A stretch of 64,000 nucleotides of DNA from Cytophagales bacterium UBA2561 (lineage in GTDB: Bacteria > Bacteroidota > Bacteroidia > Cytophagales > Thermoflexibacteraceae), in NCBI GenBank assembly GCA_002340355.1, contig DDLX01000042.1:7414-71413 (forward strand). The letters run 5' to 3'. The translations under genes and the position numbers were made by a program. The notes under the pieces were generated by a model. That model worked only from the letters and a program-made list of their open reading frames with translations, was not told the DNA's origin and searched no databases. Shown here in pieces: positions 12,801 to 21,902 of the stretch. Positions within the stretch are counted from its first letter, which is position 1, and every line of letters starts with the position of its first letter.

Positions 12801-13964
12801 TTCATTTTGGCAGGTGATTTCATGCGTAAAATGTGAATTCAATACTGTAATAGAACCCTTTTTACTTCTCACATCACCATCTGAAAAATAGCTTGTCATA
12901 TTCACTTCATACGTGCCTGCCCGATTATATTTACTATAAGGGGTTCCATTCCCATAATCCCAAGTTGTTTTTTGGATAGATATGCCAGGATGTGGAGTAG
13001 AAGTATTCAGAAATACAAAATTCATATTATCAGGAATGGTACTTTTATGTATATTGTTAAAACATATATGTGTAAAGTCAGGGATATTCTTATGAATAGG
13101 ATAAATTTTCGTAACACTCGCAAAAATATTATCTTCACTCCCCACACTTAATGTTACAGGATAATCACCATAAGCATTATAGGTATGTTTAGGGTGTTGC
13201 TCAGTTGATGTACCACCATCCCCAAATTTCCAAAACCATTGTGTAATTTTTTTGTCTGGTATCCCTGGTAACTTTGTCATATACGACTTATCCGTAAATT
13301 GAACTTCATGAGGAGTATCAAAACCTATCGGGGGGCTAGGCGTAAAATCAGCAATGGGTTTGGGAATATTGATAATAAAAAAAATGCTTGCCCGTACTCC
13401 ATGACAGCCTTCTTTGGTAAGTACACGTAACTGGACAACTTGCGGAATATCAGGAATTAAGGCTTTATAATCAATCGTGATATCTTTGCCATAATGTTTC
13501 ACTCCATTATTAAAAGACCACTCCCAAATATCAATTTCACCCAAATAAGGGTCGGGTGTAACACTTCCATGAAAACTAATTTTATAGGGTGCCGTCCCAT
13601 CCGAAACTCCATATTCTACTGAAATAAAAACATCGGGCAAGGAATAAACAGTAAGAAAGTCTGTAAAACGCAAGGGAGCTCCACCTACTTTAGCTTCTAA
13701 GGTCGCACTATAAAACCCAGGGACAACATAACTCAATTGTGGTTTATCAAAATTGGCTTCTCCCTGATTAATAATAATTTCACCTGTATTTTGTTGAAGT
13801 ATCCAGCGTCCATCTGTGATTGTTCCGCCTGATGCAGACGTAATAAACTCATAAGTAGCACTTTTACAACCACCACTCACTTTATTAGGAGAAAAAGACA
13901 GACTTTGAGCATAAGAAATATTTGCTGTCAAAAGTCCCAAAAATAACCACAAAAAAAATCGCAT
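6804..13964 (-). CDS. giant PKD/cadherin-like repeat surface protein with T9SS type-B C-terminal sorting domain
   Basis: 2386 aa with a signal peptide. There are many PKD-like repeats (W.FGDG, Y.V.LTV patterns) and several VNDAP / NDPP-bounded Ig-like repeats. The C-terminus (IPNAISPNGDSVNDLWKI...GTYFYVIEY) matches the gliding-motility-associated C-terminal domain. Confidence 0.85.
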   Translation of the reverse strand: MRFFLWLFLGLLTANISYAQSLSFSPNKVSGGCKSATYEFITSASGGTITDGRWILQQNTGEIIINQGEANFDKPQLSYVVPGFYSATLEAKVGGAPLRFTDFLTVYSLPDVFISVEYGVSDGTAPYKISFHGSVTPDPYLGEIDIWEWSFNNGVKHYGKDITIDYKALIPDIPQVVQLRVLTKEGCHGVRASIFFIINIPKPIADFTPSPPIGFDTPHEVQFTDKSYMTKLPGIPDKKITQWFWKFGDGGTSTEQHPKHTYNAYGDYPVTLSVGSEDNIFASVTKIYPIHKNIPDFTHICFNNIHKSTIPDNMNFVFLNTSTPHPGISIQKTTWDYGNGTPYSKYNRAGTYEVNMTSYFSDGDVRSKKGSITVLNSHFTHEITCQNEVFLSAVQTTDVTQYQWTIYVDEGSQYTTTTTEPTYSFVIADNKKHKVALDLISPYSSCPSYKYVQIKPKFKPVIHESKTECPPYEYEFRASTHIYELLPGDKIVEYSWVIKGDQNLSFTTSADYDKPIKLSGLKSYSVHLTARSLKGCVEDTLLNVKPTTGFSINCLSESKRIPLNIDAGSIKADKYVWEFISVGETIPYETFITATNDLYLSPTYRGTSKVKVTASNTTCLNSITFETVAYLDGVLAGITVTSPSVVCGTTGTFEFTNQSLAGHDPNFDIYTVNWGDKTSHSGYFKTLNHTYTSAGRYNIFLTITNTKSGCVSYASTDVLVNDVRSNFTLPPVSCTRSITLDPQLTATKAPLEHTWKIERKLPNGSFQVLHNVSGRQGKYSYLFPNIGDYRVTYQTDCGISITQTTKVMDLRADFLTIPNKICENSTLTITDASTFSPATTSIVEWKWDFGDGTVQTYTDNRVASHTYTRTGRYKIRLTVKNIEGCKSSKEFDILVTRPTARFTIGTEFCPNDVLNFRDKNTSFDENGKRTNLVSYLWDFDDGTTSNSYEPWHKYSTAGFYTVSLTVTDISGCQHTATKDVRVYPTPDSDFTVVNHPIGIGGYAEVSCVTEGVILEKVIPDANIVGYLWEYGDGFLSTKPKPDPHFYAKPGRYSPKLTLYHKAGCNVEVSKLGFISIAGPVGSFTHTPEYLCYPQNEFFTAGAATFLTALSHYEKIEWDFGDGLVEVQDYSALGENAGPPSSTVSHTYAKPGVFYPIMTLIDHLNCRTPYPTELAPIKSSGKPIAQFTANYTTFLCAKTQLQLQDQSKPDPATDIHPNRAVLKPDVAYWQWDFVHNNIIFATSTQQNPTFNFDKAGNYEIRLTIASQYELDHNIQCRATTSKFITVVSPSISTSYLIDNPQVCPNGNVQFRDNVSFATINGQAVPPARLEYTWDFGDGTKLTGMGNNPAITNPQYAYKKGGFYSVSLTIKDYAGCAASDIKTSAVHVYNTIADFTPKNPVGYRPLKVALNDISTTTDTKIVDWEWHFPSGNPMFSTVIPFHSSTNYAQRNPPELTYHTKGEFLVFLTVTTSSGCVETTFQTVRVLNNAPEITEFSVVLLEDIPHRFGQEVFQNHYSDKDNDPMLASKAIFISVLPTNGKLYYGGHLITTPQYLSWSALDQLTYSPNFNYNGTDQFTWQAVDSDGELSNPATVNLTITAVNDAPRIETFFITAKGLNWDVSFPNQFQNNYGDVEETPLSSIRIDCLPKDGILYFRGIPVVEHQIIPANELKYVVFMPNKNWSGTTSFCWVASDRHLFSNPAKVNITIPDTKADYEPNYTPRVGKDSLQAIEDKKLIVNLLGNDYDILGSVLKLTTNPLIPPKNGTVTLSKNGIMTYIPNPDFTGTDSLMVEICNSIPFCTQSWVKLTILPQNDPPTAISNHYLVPRNGIIQNKNVLTNDFDRDGDLLRIKTTPIEEPDLGTVVINSDGTFDYTPNTGALGVDYFTYEVCDRANPPLCSRAIVFLTITARTNLPTIQADNYTIQQDSTLEGNVLANDSHPNDGVLQATLLHPPKYGSVILDPNGTFIFIPQSGFVGTDQFTYQVCTSLNFCTTQTVHILHTSTDEPQTQEDENYLIVNSDTACVEMNGVVSGNVLTNDFDPEEDPLHIGKIIQYPTNGVFLLDTDGSFAFTPTANFKGDDFAIFEVCDAKNLCLRSSISFCKLYTVFTPKDTVIQADTNRAEVDIILPQDTWVIPFSGQTVGGNISIDSLGTFIYEGEPCFSGTDSLTYQVCDSQNCLPVVVYIEIPEIQYSAPVVSEVPSYQITTTGIFRGKLPPAILSRTDIVIQPKITTTAEAIPFQLDDNGIFILQIPTNTSKNNIETDSVFYQVCPTGDYAECTPCTEAKLRFWFDFPTIEDLTPLIPNAISPNGDSVNDLWKIPPHPKAGKISLVIYNRWGNIVYENHNYQNNWEGQCNQGIHINDRLPVGTYFYVIEYENIGYKGGFLELRR

Positions 13965-14145
13965 AACATATAAAGTAATTATGTTTATAGTATTAAATCA
14001 AAAATAAGGTATGAACTTTATTAATAGTTTGATTGATAATTGAATTCTTTTGATTTTAACTTTCACAAACATAAGCCTTTATACAGCTTTTTCCTAATTT
14101 CTGAATAGCCTTAGGAGTAAAAAGACAAGAAAATTTAGCGTTATT

Positions 14146-15465
14146 TTAGGTAACATAGTTTTCAATAAAAAAATTATCTACTTGTAATAGATTATTTCCT
14201 ACTATACAATTTAAGCATTGTTTTTTATTACAAAAATTATTGTATAATTCTAAGATGGCTTGACTCTCATAGGCATTCCGATTCAGTATTTTTGAGCCTT
14301 TCCATAAACGAGTAATTTTATTATTTTCAGGAGCAATTTCCTGCAAGATTTTTATTGCTTTCTGGATAAATTGAGGTTGATCTTTTTCTTGCCCATAACA
14401 AACCAAAGTTGGACATAAAACATTAATAATTAAATTATCAATACTATTTTTTCCAAACTTTGTAGGTTTGGAAGTTGGCTTCCCAAAGTCATAGTGCTTT
14501 TGCCAATAATTGGGGAGTTTAAAGGCAAATAATTTTCGGACTTCTTGGATTGATTCGGTATGTATCATCTTGGTAAATGTGATATTTTGCCCTTGAACTA
14601 ATGTCATCAATTGTACCACTCGAACCGTAGGAAAATTAGTAGGACGCATTCGTAGAAACTTCCATTCTGAACGCTGTAATTTTGTTGCTTTCAGTTCGTA
14701 TTTATGGGCTAAAAAGTCATATTCTTTTCGCAAATTTTGAGCATATTCATCATTTTGAACTTCTTCCAAATTATCCAGAAAACCAGCTTGTCCCAAAAAT
14801 AAACTCTCTACTTGTTTTGCATTATCAATATGTTTTAAAATGATTTTCAAAGAAATAGACTTTGCTAAGCGCAAAAAAGGCTCATTATTTTTCTTAAATC
14901 CAAAGTGTTCGGCAAGACGTTGATAAAACGTTTCCTCCCAGTCCCATTGAGTTTTATGTAATAACGTTCGAACATCCTCAGCTTTTCGAGATAAACGTAG
15001 GTTCAATGTTAAGTCTAAGGTATCAGATATAATTTGAGCAGAAATTTTTTCCAGTTGTAAAAAACAAGGTATCACTTTTTCATTATTTAAAAGTGCATAT
15101 TTTTCAATAATTAACGGATTGATTCGGGACTTCAATTCGAGGACAGGAATTGCAGAATTATCGGAACGCTGGATTTCAGATTTCGGAAGGTCATCCTCAT
15201 AAACCACGTGTAAAATGACATTGTCATAATTGGGATTCTTTTGATGGTTATGTTTGAACCAGTCCGAAGTTTTAAGATGAATCTCAACTGTGCCAAACCA
15301 TCGAATATCATCAATAATAATACTGGCATTTTGAAAATCAGCACCTGCTTCGTGGTTCAATTTGCCGAGGTCAAGGAGCTGAATAGGTTGCTGATTTTTT
15401 GTCTGTAAATTACTTGAATCAAAATAGTAATTTTTCCAGATGAAGGAGATAAATTGTTCGTTCAT
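14146..15465 (-). CDS. DUF2851 family protein
   Basis: 439 aa. The N-terminus (MNEQFISFIWKNYYF...GADFQNA...GTVEIHLKTSDWFKHNH) matches my recollection of the DUF2851 family common in Bacteroidota. Confidence 0.7.
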   Translation of the reverse strand: MNEQFISFIWKNYYFDSSNLQTKNQQPIQLLDLGKLNHEAGADFQNASIIIDDIRWFGTVEIHLKTSDWFKHNHQKNPNYDNVILHVVYEDDLPKSEIQRSDNSAIPVLELKSRINPLIIEKYALLNNEKVIPCFLQLEKISAQIISDTLDLTLNLRLSRKAEDVRTLLHKTQWDWEETFYQRLAEHFGFKKNNEPFLRLAKSISLKIILKHIDNAKQVESLFLGQAGFLDNLEEVQNDEYAQNLRKEYDFLAHKYELKATKLQRSEWKFLRMRPTNFPTVRVVQLMTLVQGQNITFTKMIHTESIQEVRKLFAFKLPNYWQKHYDFGKPTSKPTKFGKNSIDNLIINVLCPTLVCYGQEKDQPQFIQKAIKILQEIAPENNKITRLWKGSKILNRNAYESQAILELYNNFCNKKQCLNCIVGNNLLQVDNFFIENYVT

Positions 15466-15677
15466 ACTAGGCTTGTAGCTTTGATTGGTCTAAAAAGTTA
15501 GTTTACTAAAAATACGTTTAAAAAGCAAATTTTTATTCCGAAACAGCTCAAAACTTTAAACTTTTTTTGTGTATCTTTGATTTTTAGATAAGGCTAAACT
15601 TTTTTTTAAACATAGCGTAAAATAAATTAAGCTTTAGCTGATACAATTCTCTATTCTTATTAAATGACTAACAAATT

Positions 15678-16484
15678 ATGAATGAGCAAGTTTTGATTGC
15701 TTTTGGCTTGACGGTTTTTGCAGGACTATCTACAGGAATCGGGAGCATCATGGCTCTTTTTATTAAAGAGCGTAATTACAAATTTCTAACTGTGGCTATG
15801 GGGTTCTCGGCAGGTGTCATGGTTTATGTCTCTTTTGTAGAATTATTTTCAGAGGCTAATCATTCACTAGCCACAGCCTATGGCGAAACACTTGGGGCAT
15901 GGATTACGGTGGCTGCTTTCTTTGGAGGTATTGGATTAATTATGATTATTGATAAGCTTGTCCCCTCGATTGAGAATCCTCACGAATTTCCACATGAAGA
16001 TGAAGATACAGGAGAAGTAACTTTTAAAGATCAACGCCTTTTACGTGTCGGTATTTTTACGGCAGTGGCTTTAGCAATTCATAATTTTCCTGAAGGGATT
16101 GCCACTTTTGCCAGTGGGTTGCGTGATATGAGTTTGGCAATTCCGATTGCGGTTGCGGTTGCCATTCACAATATTCCTGAAGGAATTGCTGTTTCGATGC
16201 CCGTGTATTATGCGACAGGAAGTAAGAAAAAGGCATTTTGGTATTCTTTCTTGTCGGGTGTCGCTGAGCCTGTGGGTGCCTTTTTAGGTTTTTTACTTTT
16301 GCAGTCCTTCTTTAATGACCTTACCTTTGGAATTTTATTTGCAGCTGTGGCTGGAATTATGGTTTTTATTTCACTTGACCAATTATTGCCCGCTGCCGAA
16401 GAATATGGAGAACATCATCTTGCCATTTATGGACTCATTGCAGGAATGGGAGTTATGGCATTCAGTTTATTGCTTTTTCAATAA
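15678..16484 (+). CDS. zupT: ZIP-family zinc transporter ZupT
   Basis: 268 aa polytopic membrane protein with repeated HNFPEGIA / HNIPEGIAV metal-binding motifs. A TATCTTTG -7-like box lies upstream at about 15572. Confidence 0.85.
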   Translation: MNEQVLIAFGLTVFAGLSTGIGSIMALFIKERNYKFLTVAMGFSAGVMVYVSFVELFSEANHSLATAYGETLGAWITVAAFFGGIGLIMIIDKLVPSIENPHEFPHEDEDTGEVTFKDQRLLRVGIFTAVALAIHNFPEGIATFASGLRDMSLAIPIAVAVAIHNIPEGIAVSMPVYYATGSKKKAFWYSFLSGVAEPVGAFLGFLLLQSFFNDLTFGILFAAVAGIMVFISLDQLLPAAEEYGEHHLAIYGLIAGMGVMAFSLLLFQ

Positions 16485-16505
16485 ATTTTTGGTATCTCGT
16501 GCGGT

Positions 16506-16823
16506 ATGTACTGGATACTTTTAATTTTAGCTATTGCATGTGAAGTTATCGGAACGCTTTACATGAAATTATCTAACGGATTTACAAAGCCTGTTCCATC
16601 CGTTTTATTGTTTGTATTTTATGTTTTGAGTACCATTTTTTTAGTGTATGCCCTCAAAAAAATTGATATTGGTATTGCTTATGCCATTTGGTCAGGTATT
16701 GGCACAGCGGCAATAGCTATCATTAGCGTATGGTATTTCGGAGAACCTACAAGTTGGATTAAAATAGTTTCTGTGATATTGATTATTCTAGGAGTCATTG
16801 GACTAAATCTATCAGGACATTGA
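16506..16823 (+). CDS. SMR-family small multidrug efflux protein
   Basis: 105 aa with four TM segments and a conserved membrane Glu in IACEVIGTLYMK. Confidence 0.85.
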   Translation: MYWILLILAIACEVIGTLYMKLSNGFTKPVPSVLLFVFYVLSTIFLVYALKKIDIGIAYAIWSGIGTAAIAIISVWYFGEPTSWIKIVSVILIILGVIGLNLSGH

Positions 16824-17024
16824 CTCCTTATATTTTTTGGTATGAAAATTCAGAAGCACTGTTGGTTGTGCTTACACAAGCAACTTTTCCAAATCAATAA
16901 GCAATATAATCATCTCTTTTGATTAATTCTGAAAGTTTCATCAAAAAAAATTGTAGTGTTTTGCTTCAATTTTTCCCTAAATTTATCCCCTCAAAACTCA
17001 GATACGAAAATTTCTACGTCTTTT

Positions 17025-19118
17025 ATGATAAATTTATTTACCGAATATTCTTTAGTTTATTCAATAATTGGTGTTTTAGTCGGTTTGGTCTATGCGGGAA
17101 TTTTGTACCAAAAACCGAATCCACCTTGGAATAAAGTAACCAATTGGCTTTTAGCATTTGGACGATTTTTGTTAGTTTTTACGATTTGTTTTTTACTATT
17201 GAATCCATTTGTACGACAAATCAAAAATACGTTCGAAAAGCCTGTGATTGTGTTTGCCACAGATAATTCTCAATCCGTATGGGAAGGTGTTGATTCGGCA
17301 ACAATTCGGGATACTCAAAAAAAGTTAGACCAGATTGCCAATCAACTCACTGAGAAAGGTTTTGAAATTGATATTCAATCCTTCAACGAAATCAAAGAAT
17401 ATCCTCAAAATACAGCGATTAATTTTGATTTTCCAACCACAAATTTAAATGGGCTTTTACAACGCATTCGGAGCCGTTACGAAAATCGAAATTTATCGAA
17501 AGTAGTCTTGCTTTCAGATGGCATTTATAACCGTGATATTTCACCGCTTTATACACCCTATAACCTGAATATCTTTACTATTGGAGTTGGGGATACGACC
17601 CAAAAAAAGGATATAAATCTGAAACACGTTTACCATAACAAAATGGCATATTTGGGGAATAAATTCCCATTAGTTGCGGAAGTACATCATTTTGGGTTTT
17701 CAGAGCAAGAAGTTGCCATTACACTGGCTCGAAATGACGAAATATTGGAGGAAAAAATTATTCGACTGGGCGCTTCAAATTATCCTCAAGAAATTGAATT
17801 TTTTCCAGAAGCCACAAAAAAAGGAATGCAACATTTTACCATTTCAATACGCCCCTTAGAAGGTGAGTTTTCACGAATCAATAATACCAAACATATTTAC
17901 GTAGATGTCTTGGATGGAAAGGAAAAAATCTTGTTGGTGGCGGCTTCTCCACATCCTGATATTCGGGCAATTCGAACAGCCATTGAGAAAAATAAGAACT
18001 ATGAATTCACGGTATTTATCCCTAATTTATCTCCACCAGAAACATATAAGAAAACAGAAAAATATGACGTGGTTATTTTTCATCAAATCCCTCATTTTAG
18101 GGGAGTTGGAAATCAAATTTATGATGAAATCCGAGAGAAAAATATACCTATTTTTTACATCTTTGGAAAAGGCTCAAATTATTCTGCTTTCAATCGAAGT
18201 AATGACATTGGAACCATTTCACAATCAGGGCGACAAACCGATAATATAATTCCTGCTTTCAATGAAAACTTTCAGAAATTTACTTTTGATAAGGATAAAC
18301 AAACTACTATTTCTAGTTATCCGCCTGCTAGCGTTCCCTTTGGAAATTATACGCTTGCGCCAACTTCGGAAATTGTACTTTTCCAACAAGTTGGGAATAT
18401 CCAGACCAAAAAACCACTCTTAGTTATTAATGAACAAAATGGAAAAAAATCAGCTATGATGACAGGTGAAGGACTTTGGCAATGGCGACTTCAAGAATTT
18501 GCTAAAAATGAAAATCAGGAAGCTTTTGATGAACTGATTATCAAAATAATACAATATTTATCTGTGAAGGAAGATAAACGTAAATTTCGAGTTCAAACTA
18601 CAGCCAATGAATATTTCGATAGCGAAACAGTACTTTTCGAGACCGAAGTTTATAATACCATTTATGAGCATATTTATGGACAAAAAATTGACCTTACTTT
18701 AACCAATGAAAAAGGGGAAAAATTAGCTTATACTTATGCTAATTCTGGGGCAAATTTTCGATATGAAGTCAATGGCTTACCACAAGGAATTTATCGTTTT
18801 CGAGCCACTACCGAATTAAATGGGAAAATCGAAGTCAGTACAGGGGAATTTACCGTGAAATCTGTACAGGTCGAGGCAATGAATATGACAGCTGACTTTG
18901 CACTTTTACGTCAACTTTCTCAACAAACAGGTGGGGCTTTCTTCAAGGTCAATAATCTCAAAAAATTAGAAGAAACTTTACTTCAAATTCAACCAAAAAA
19001 TCTAATTCGTTCAAGTGAAGAGATAGAAAGTATTCTCCATTTGAAATGGATATTTTTCTTATTAATTAGCTTAATAAGCATAGAATGGGTTATTCGAAAA
19101 TTAAAAGGAAGTTATTAG
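17025..19118 (+). CDS. membrane-anchored vWA-like domain protein
   Basis: N-terminal TM pair, then VIVFATDNSQSV and VVLLSDGIYN (vWA-like MIDAS-region patterns), and a C-terminal TM anchor. I prefer the start at the ATG at 17025 (MINLFTEY...) over the track start at 16956. Confidence 0.55.
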   Translation: MINLFTEYSLVYSIIGVLVGLVYAGILYQKPNPPWNKVTNWLLAFGRFLLVFTICFLLLNPFVRQIKNTFEKPVIVFATDNSQSVWEGVDSATIRDTQKKLDQIANQLTEKGFEIDIQSFNEIKEYPQNTAINFDFPTTNLNGLLQRIRSRYENRNLSKVVLLSDGIYNRDISPLYTPYNLNIFTIGVGDTTQKKDINLKHVYHNKMAYLGNKFPLVAEVHHFGFSEQEVAITLARNDEILEEKIIRLGASNYPQEIEFFPEATKKGMQHFTISIRPLEGEFSRINNTKHIYVDVLDGKEKILLVAASPHPDIRAIRTAIEKNKNYEFTVFIPNLSPPETYKKTEKYDVVIFHQIPHFRGVGNQIYDEIREKNIPIFYIFGKGSNYSAFNRSNDIGTISQSGRQTDNIIPAFNENFQKFTFDKDKQTTISSYPPASVPFGNYTLAPTSEIVLFQQVGNIQTKKPLLVINEQNGKKSAMMTGEGLWQWRLQEFAKNENQEAFDELIIKIIQYLSVKEDKRKFRVQTTANEYFDSETVLFETEVYNTIYEHIYGQKIDLTLTNEKGEKLAYTYANSGANFRYEVNGLPQGIYRFRATTELNGKIEVSTGEFTVKSVQVEAMNMTADFALLRQLSQQTGGAFFKVNNLKKLEETLLQIQPKNLIRSSEEIESILHLKWIFFLLISLISIEWVIRKLKGSY

Positions 19119-19148
19119 TAAGACAATAGTTCGTAAGTTTTGCCTAAT

Positions 19149-19175
19149 TCTCAAAGATTTTTAAAATCTTTGAGA
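19149..19175 (+). terminator. near-perfect palindrome downstream of the vWA gene
   Basis: TCTCAAAGATTTT-T-AAAATCTTTGAGA lies 30 nt after the stop at 19118. No clear T-tract follows, so terminator function is uncertain. Confidence 0.35.
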
Positions 19176-19208
19176 GTTAATATATTGATTTTCAATGAAT
19201 TAATGTTT

Positions 19209-19250
19209 ATTTCCATAGCGTAAAGTTTGCAAACCCTACGCTATGGAAAT
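19209..19250. repeat. family-1 hairpin core, solo copy
   Basis: ATTTCCATAGCGTAAAGTTTGCAAACCCTACGCTATGGAAAT. It has the same arms and TTTGCAAA centre as 3488-3529, with paired AA/TT to GC/GC substitutions in the stem. Confidence 0.6.
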
Positions 19251-19510
19251 ACTTGAATATCAATAGATTATGTTTTTTTAGAAAATTATATTAACAAGAA
19301 ATTTACGGACTATTGAGTAAGAACAAGATTTAAATTTAATTTGTGGTGACGCCTTTGGGAAGGCTTGAGTGTAATACTCACATCAAAATTTTAAGCACAA
19401 TATTCTCTTATCTTTTAAAATAGTAAATTTTATACACAAGTACTATTTACAACCATATTGCTCGGAAATTGCTATCATTTTTGATACATTTGGCACACCT
19501 GAGTAAGTAA

Positions 19511-20893
19511 TCACACTTTGGAATCCACTTTTTCCATTTCCCCAATAATTCGCATGGTCTCAATGGATACCGTACAAACCCTTCGCAATAAGTCAATTAC
19601 GCTTTCTTTGTAGTCGGCAAAACGATAGGTATTGAACTTTTCAGCAATCGTTTTATCTCGTGGTTTCTTTTCCTTGTATTGGTCTAAAATCCATTCCAAC
19701 GCCGACCGATTGCCTAATTTGTAGTCCCATGCTTCGGTGGGAATATTGGATAAAGTCGTTAATTCATCTAAAAGAATTTCATCGGTTTTTTTGTCTCTTC
19801 GGAGCTTTGCTTTGGGAGTCGCTTCGGGATTTTTCAAGGGTTTATCCGTTTTTTTCAAAGGATATTTTTTGGCGGTTTCATAGTTCAAATGAAGGTGCAT
19901 CAATTCTTTTCCCCAGTCAGCCCATTGCCAAAAATCTTTATAAAAGGGAATACGAGGAAAATCCCGTTTCAAATTCTGCTCATATTTTTGGCGATATTCA
20001 GGATTATGAAGCACACCATACACATAATGGAAAATGTCAATTTTTTCGATTTCCCGTTCTAAACCTTCTTCTAAACCTTCTTCTAAACCTATAAGGTTTT
20101 CGAAAACCTTATAGGTTTCCCGAAATTCACCCAATGCCCAATCCGTGATATTTTCAAGCCTTTTGCCCTCTTCGTAGCGATAAAATGGGAGGCAATTAAA
20201 ACCGTCTGTACTTGCAGCGAAATGAAGCTCCGTAATTACTTTAGCAGAAATCGCTGTAAATGTTGAACGAAAAGCCGTATCACTTAGAATAATTGTTTGA
20301 TTACTTAAACTTGCTTTTTCTCCAAAAATATCCCTTTGCTTATATTGCATCTCATTCAAATCACGAGCGAAGTACAAATATTTTTTGACAAATGGTCTAT
20401 AACCCATTTTCACAATATTATCTTTCTCAAAAATATATTTTTTACCCTTAACCAAATCATTTTTAACAGCTCTTGTCCATTTGATAGAATAATCAATTTT
20501 ATCATTCACGTCCTTTTTTGAAATTCCTTTTAAGCGTTCTACCTCATTATTGTACTTTTCAATGAAATGCGTTACTTTTTTTTGAAGATTCTGCTTTTTA
20601 AAATCATAGACCCAAGCATCACGGGCTGTAACGACTCCCAAAGAAAATAATTTAAAAATGGCTTTTTCGTCTTTTGGCTCTTTACTCAGTTTGGTTTTCT
20701 TCGAACAAAGTGGGATTAAATCCTCAAAATCATTATCGGTTTGATTAATCCAATTTCCATTCTTATCAGGTCGGATAAGTTCGGCATTTTGGATAATTTC
20801 AGGCATGGAAGTTTGGCGTATTTGTTCTAACTTGGCAGTTTTATTGGGCATATTGGGCGCACGGAAGTAATAAATTTTAGCTTTTTTGGGCAT
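19511..20893 (-). CDS. C-terminal (target-recognition-like) part of a split type IIG/ISP-like N6-adenine DNA methyltransferase
   Basis: 460 aa. It begins MPKKAKIYYF... exactly where full-length homologs, as I recall them, continue after the catalytic domain. The C-terminal region (EAWDYKLGNRSALEWILDQYK) resembles the conserved tail of these enzymes. Confidence 0.6.
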   Translation of the reverse strand: MPKKAKIYYFRAPNMPNKTAKLEQIRQTSMPEIIQNAELIRPDKNGNWINQTDNDFEDLIPLCSKKTKLSKEPKDEKAIFKLFSLGVVTARDAWVYDFKKQNLQKKVTHFIEKYNNEVERLKGISKKDVNDKIDYSIKWTRAVKNDLVKGKKYIFEKDNIVKMGYRPFVKKYLYFARDLNEMQYKQRDIFGEKASLSNQTIILSDTAFRSTFTAISAKVITELHFAASTDGFNCLPFYRYEEGKRLENITDWALGEFRETYKVFENLIGLEEGLEEGLEREIEKIDIFHYVYGVLHNPEYRQKYEQNLKRDFPRIPFYKDFWQWADWGKELMHLHLNYETAKKYPLKKTDKPLKNPEATPKAKLRRDKKTDEILLDELTTLSNIPTEAWDYKLGNRSALEWILDQYKEKKPRDKTIAEKFNTYRFADYKESVIDLLRRVCTVSIETMRIIGEMEKVDSKV

Positions 20894-21069
20894 TTTTTTA
20901 GTTTGGTTATCAATCTTAAAAAGAATTTAAAAATATAAACAGGAATAAGAAAAACTTTTGTGTACTTTTACGTTCAATAAAGAAAGCCTTTGAGAGTTCC
21001 GAAGTCCTACGTGATACGTGGGGGGTAGTTGTAGGAGCTAACGGGGGCTTTTTTATTTTTTGAGCCTGA

Positions 21070-21897
21070 TTATTCAAGGCTACTTTCATCTACTTTTTCC
21101 CACTGATATGGCAAAAATCGCCAGTGCCTGTATGGGTGTTCCCAAAGGTTTGCTACGTTTCCTTCTGTGCCTGTAGTAATTCCAATATTAAAATTAGGAT
21201 ATACCTCCTTTATTTTTTGAAGTATGTGTTTATAGACTTTTTCTTTAGCAAGGGTTCTTTTGCCTCTGTTTTTGGCATTCGGTGGCTTTTGGAGGTGCAT
21301 TTTATTGAGCCGAAATGCCATTGCCCCCAAAACTACATCCAGACATTGGAGCAAAATATGTTGTTTGGAATCTACTTCTGATATCGCATCCAACTCAATA
21401 CGGATATTGGCTTTTTGGAAATCAGGGATACGTTGTAGGGAAAAAACATGATTCTTAAATAATTCGTTTTTTTGTTGAGTATCAGGGATTTCATCAAAGA
21501 AAAATTCAATGAAGTTTGGTGTTTTAGGGTTGAGATATTTGAGTCCAAAAGCGTGTTTTACAAACTGATAGTACAATAGATGATAGGCGTGTGCTTTTTG
21601 GTATTCACTTAGATTTACTTGTTTAAATGCATTTTGCGTAAACATAATTCGTACTTTAGCTTCATTTGCTTGAATATATTGAAAGAATAAGGTCATGATT
21701 TCGAGATAGCCTTCCAGTTGATAGGCATTTATTTTTGTCCATTTTAGTTCTGTTCCTAAATTCAAGGCTTGAGCCTGTTCGGTAAGTGCTTTCCTAATTC
21801 GTTCATATTGTGAGCTTTCTACCAATACCCCGCCATAAAAATCTGAGAAATAACTTCCTTTTTTTACGGATTCATCTAACCAGATGTAATATCTCAT
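21070..21897 (-). CDS. DUF3800 domain protein
   Basis: 275 aa. The N-terminal YIWLDES acidic motif and later LLQCLDVVLGAM match the DUF3800 pattern as I recall it. The ATG lies 6 nt after the stop of the upstream methyltransferase fragment. Confidence 0.55.
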   Translation of the reverse strand: MRYYIWLDESVKKGSYFSDFYGGVLVESSQYERIRKALTEQAQALNLGTELKWTKINAYQLEGYLEIMTLFFQYIQANEAKVRIMFTQNAFKQVNLSEYQKAHAYHLLYYQFVKHAFGLKYLNPKTPNFIEFFFDEIPDTQQKNELFKNHVFSLQRIPDFQKANIRIELDAISEVDSKQHILLQCLDVVLGAMAFRLNKMHLQKPPNAKNRGKRTLAKEKVYKHILQKIKEVYPNFNIGITTGTEGNVANLWEHPYRHWRFLPYQWEKVDESSLE

Positions 21898-21902
21898 TCT
21901 GC

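Noticed and set aside
20894-21069. The spacer after the DUF3800 gene, considered as a tRNA fragment or att site.
   Set aside because: I could not match it to the 3' ends of the adjacent tRNA-Leu or tRNA-Lys genes or fold it into a cloverleaf. I kept it only as part of the insert description.
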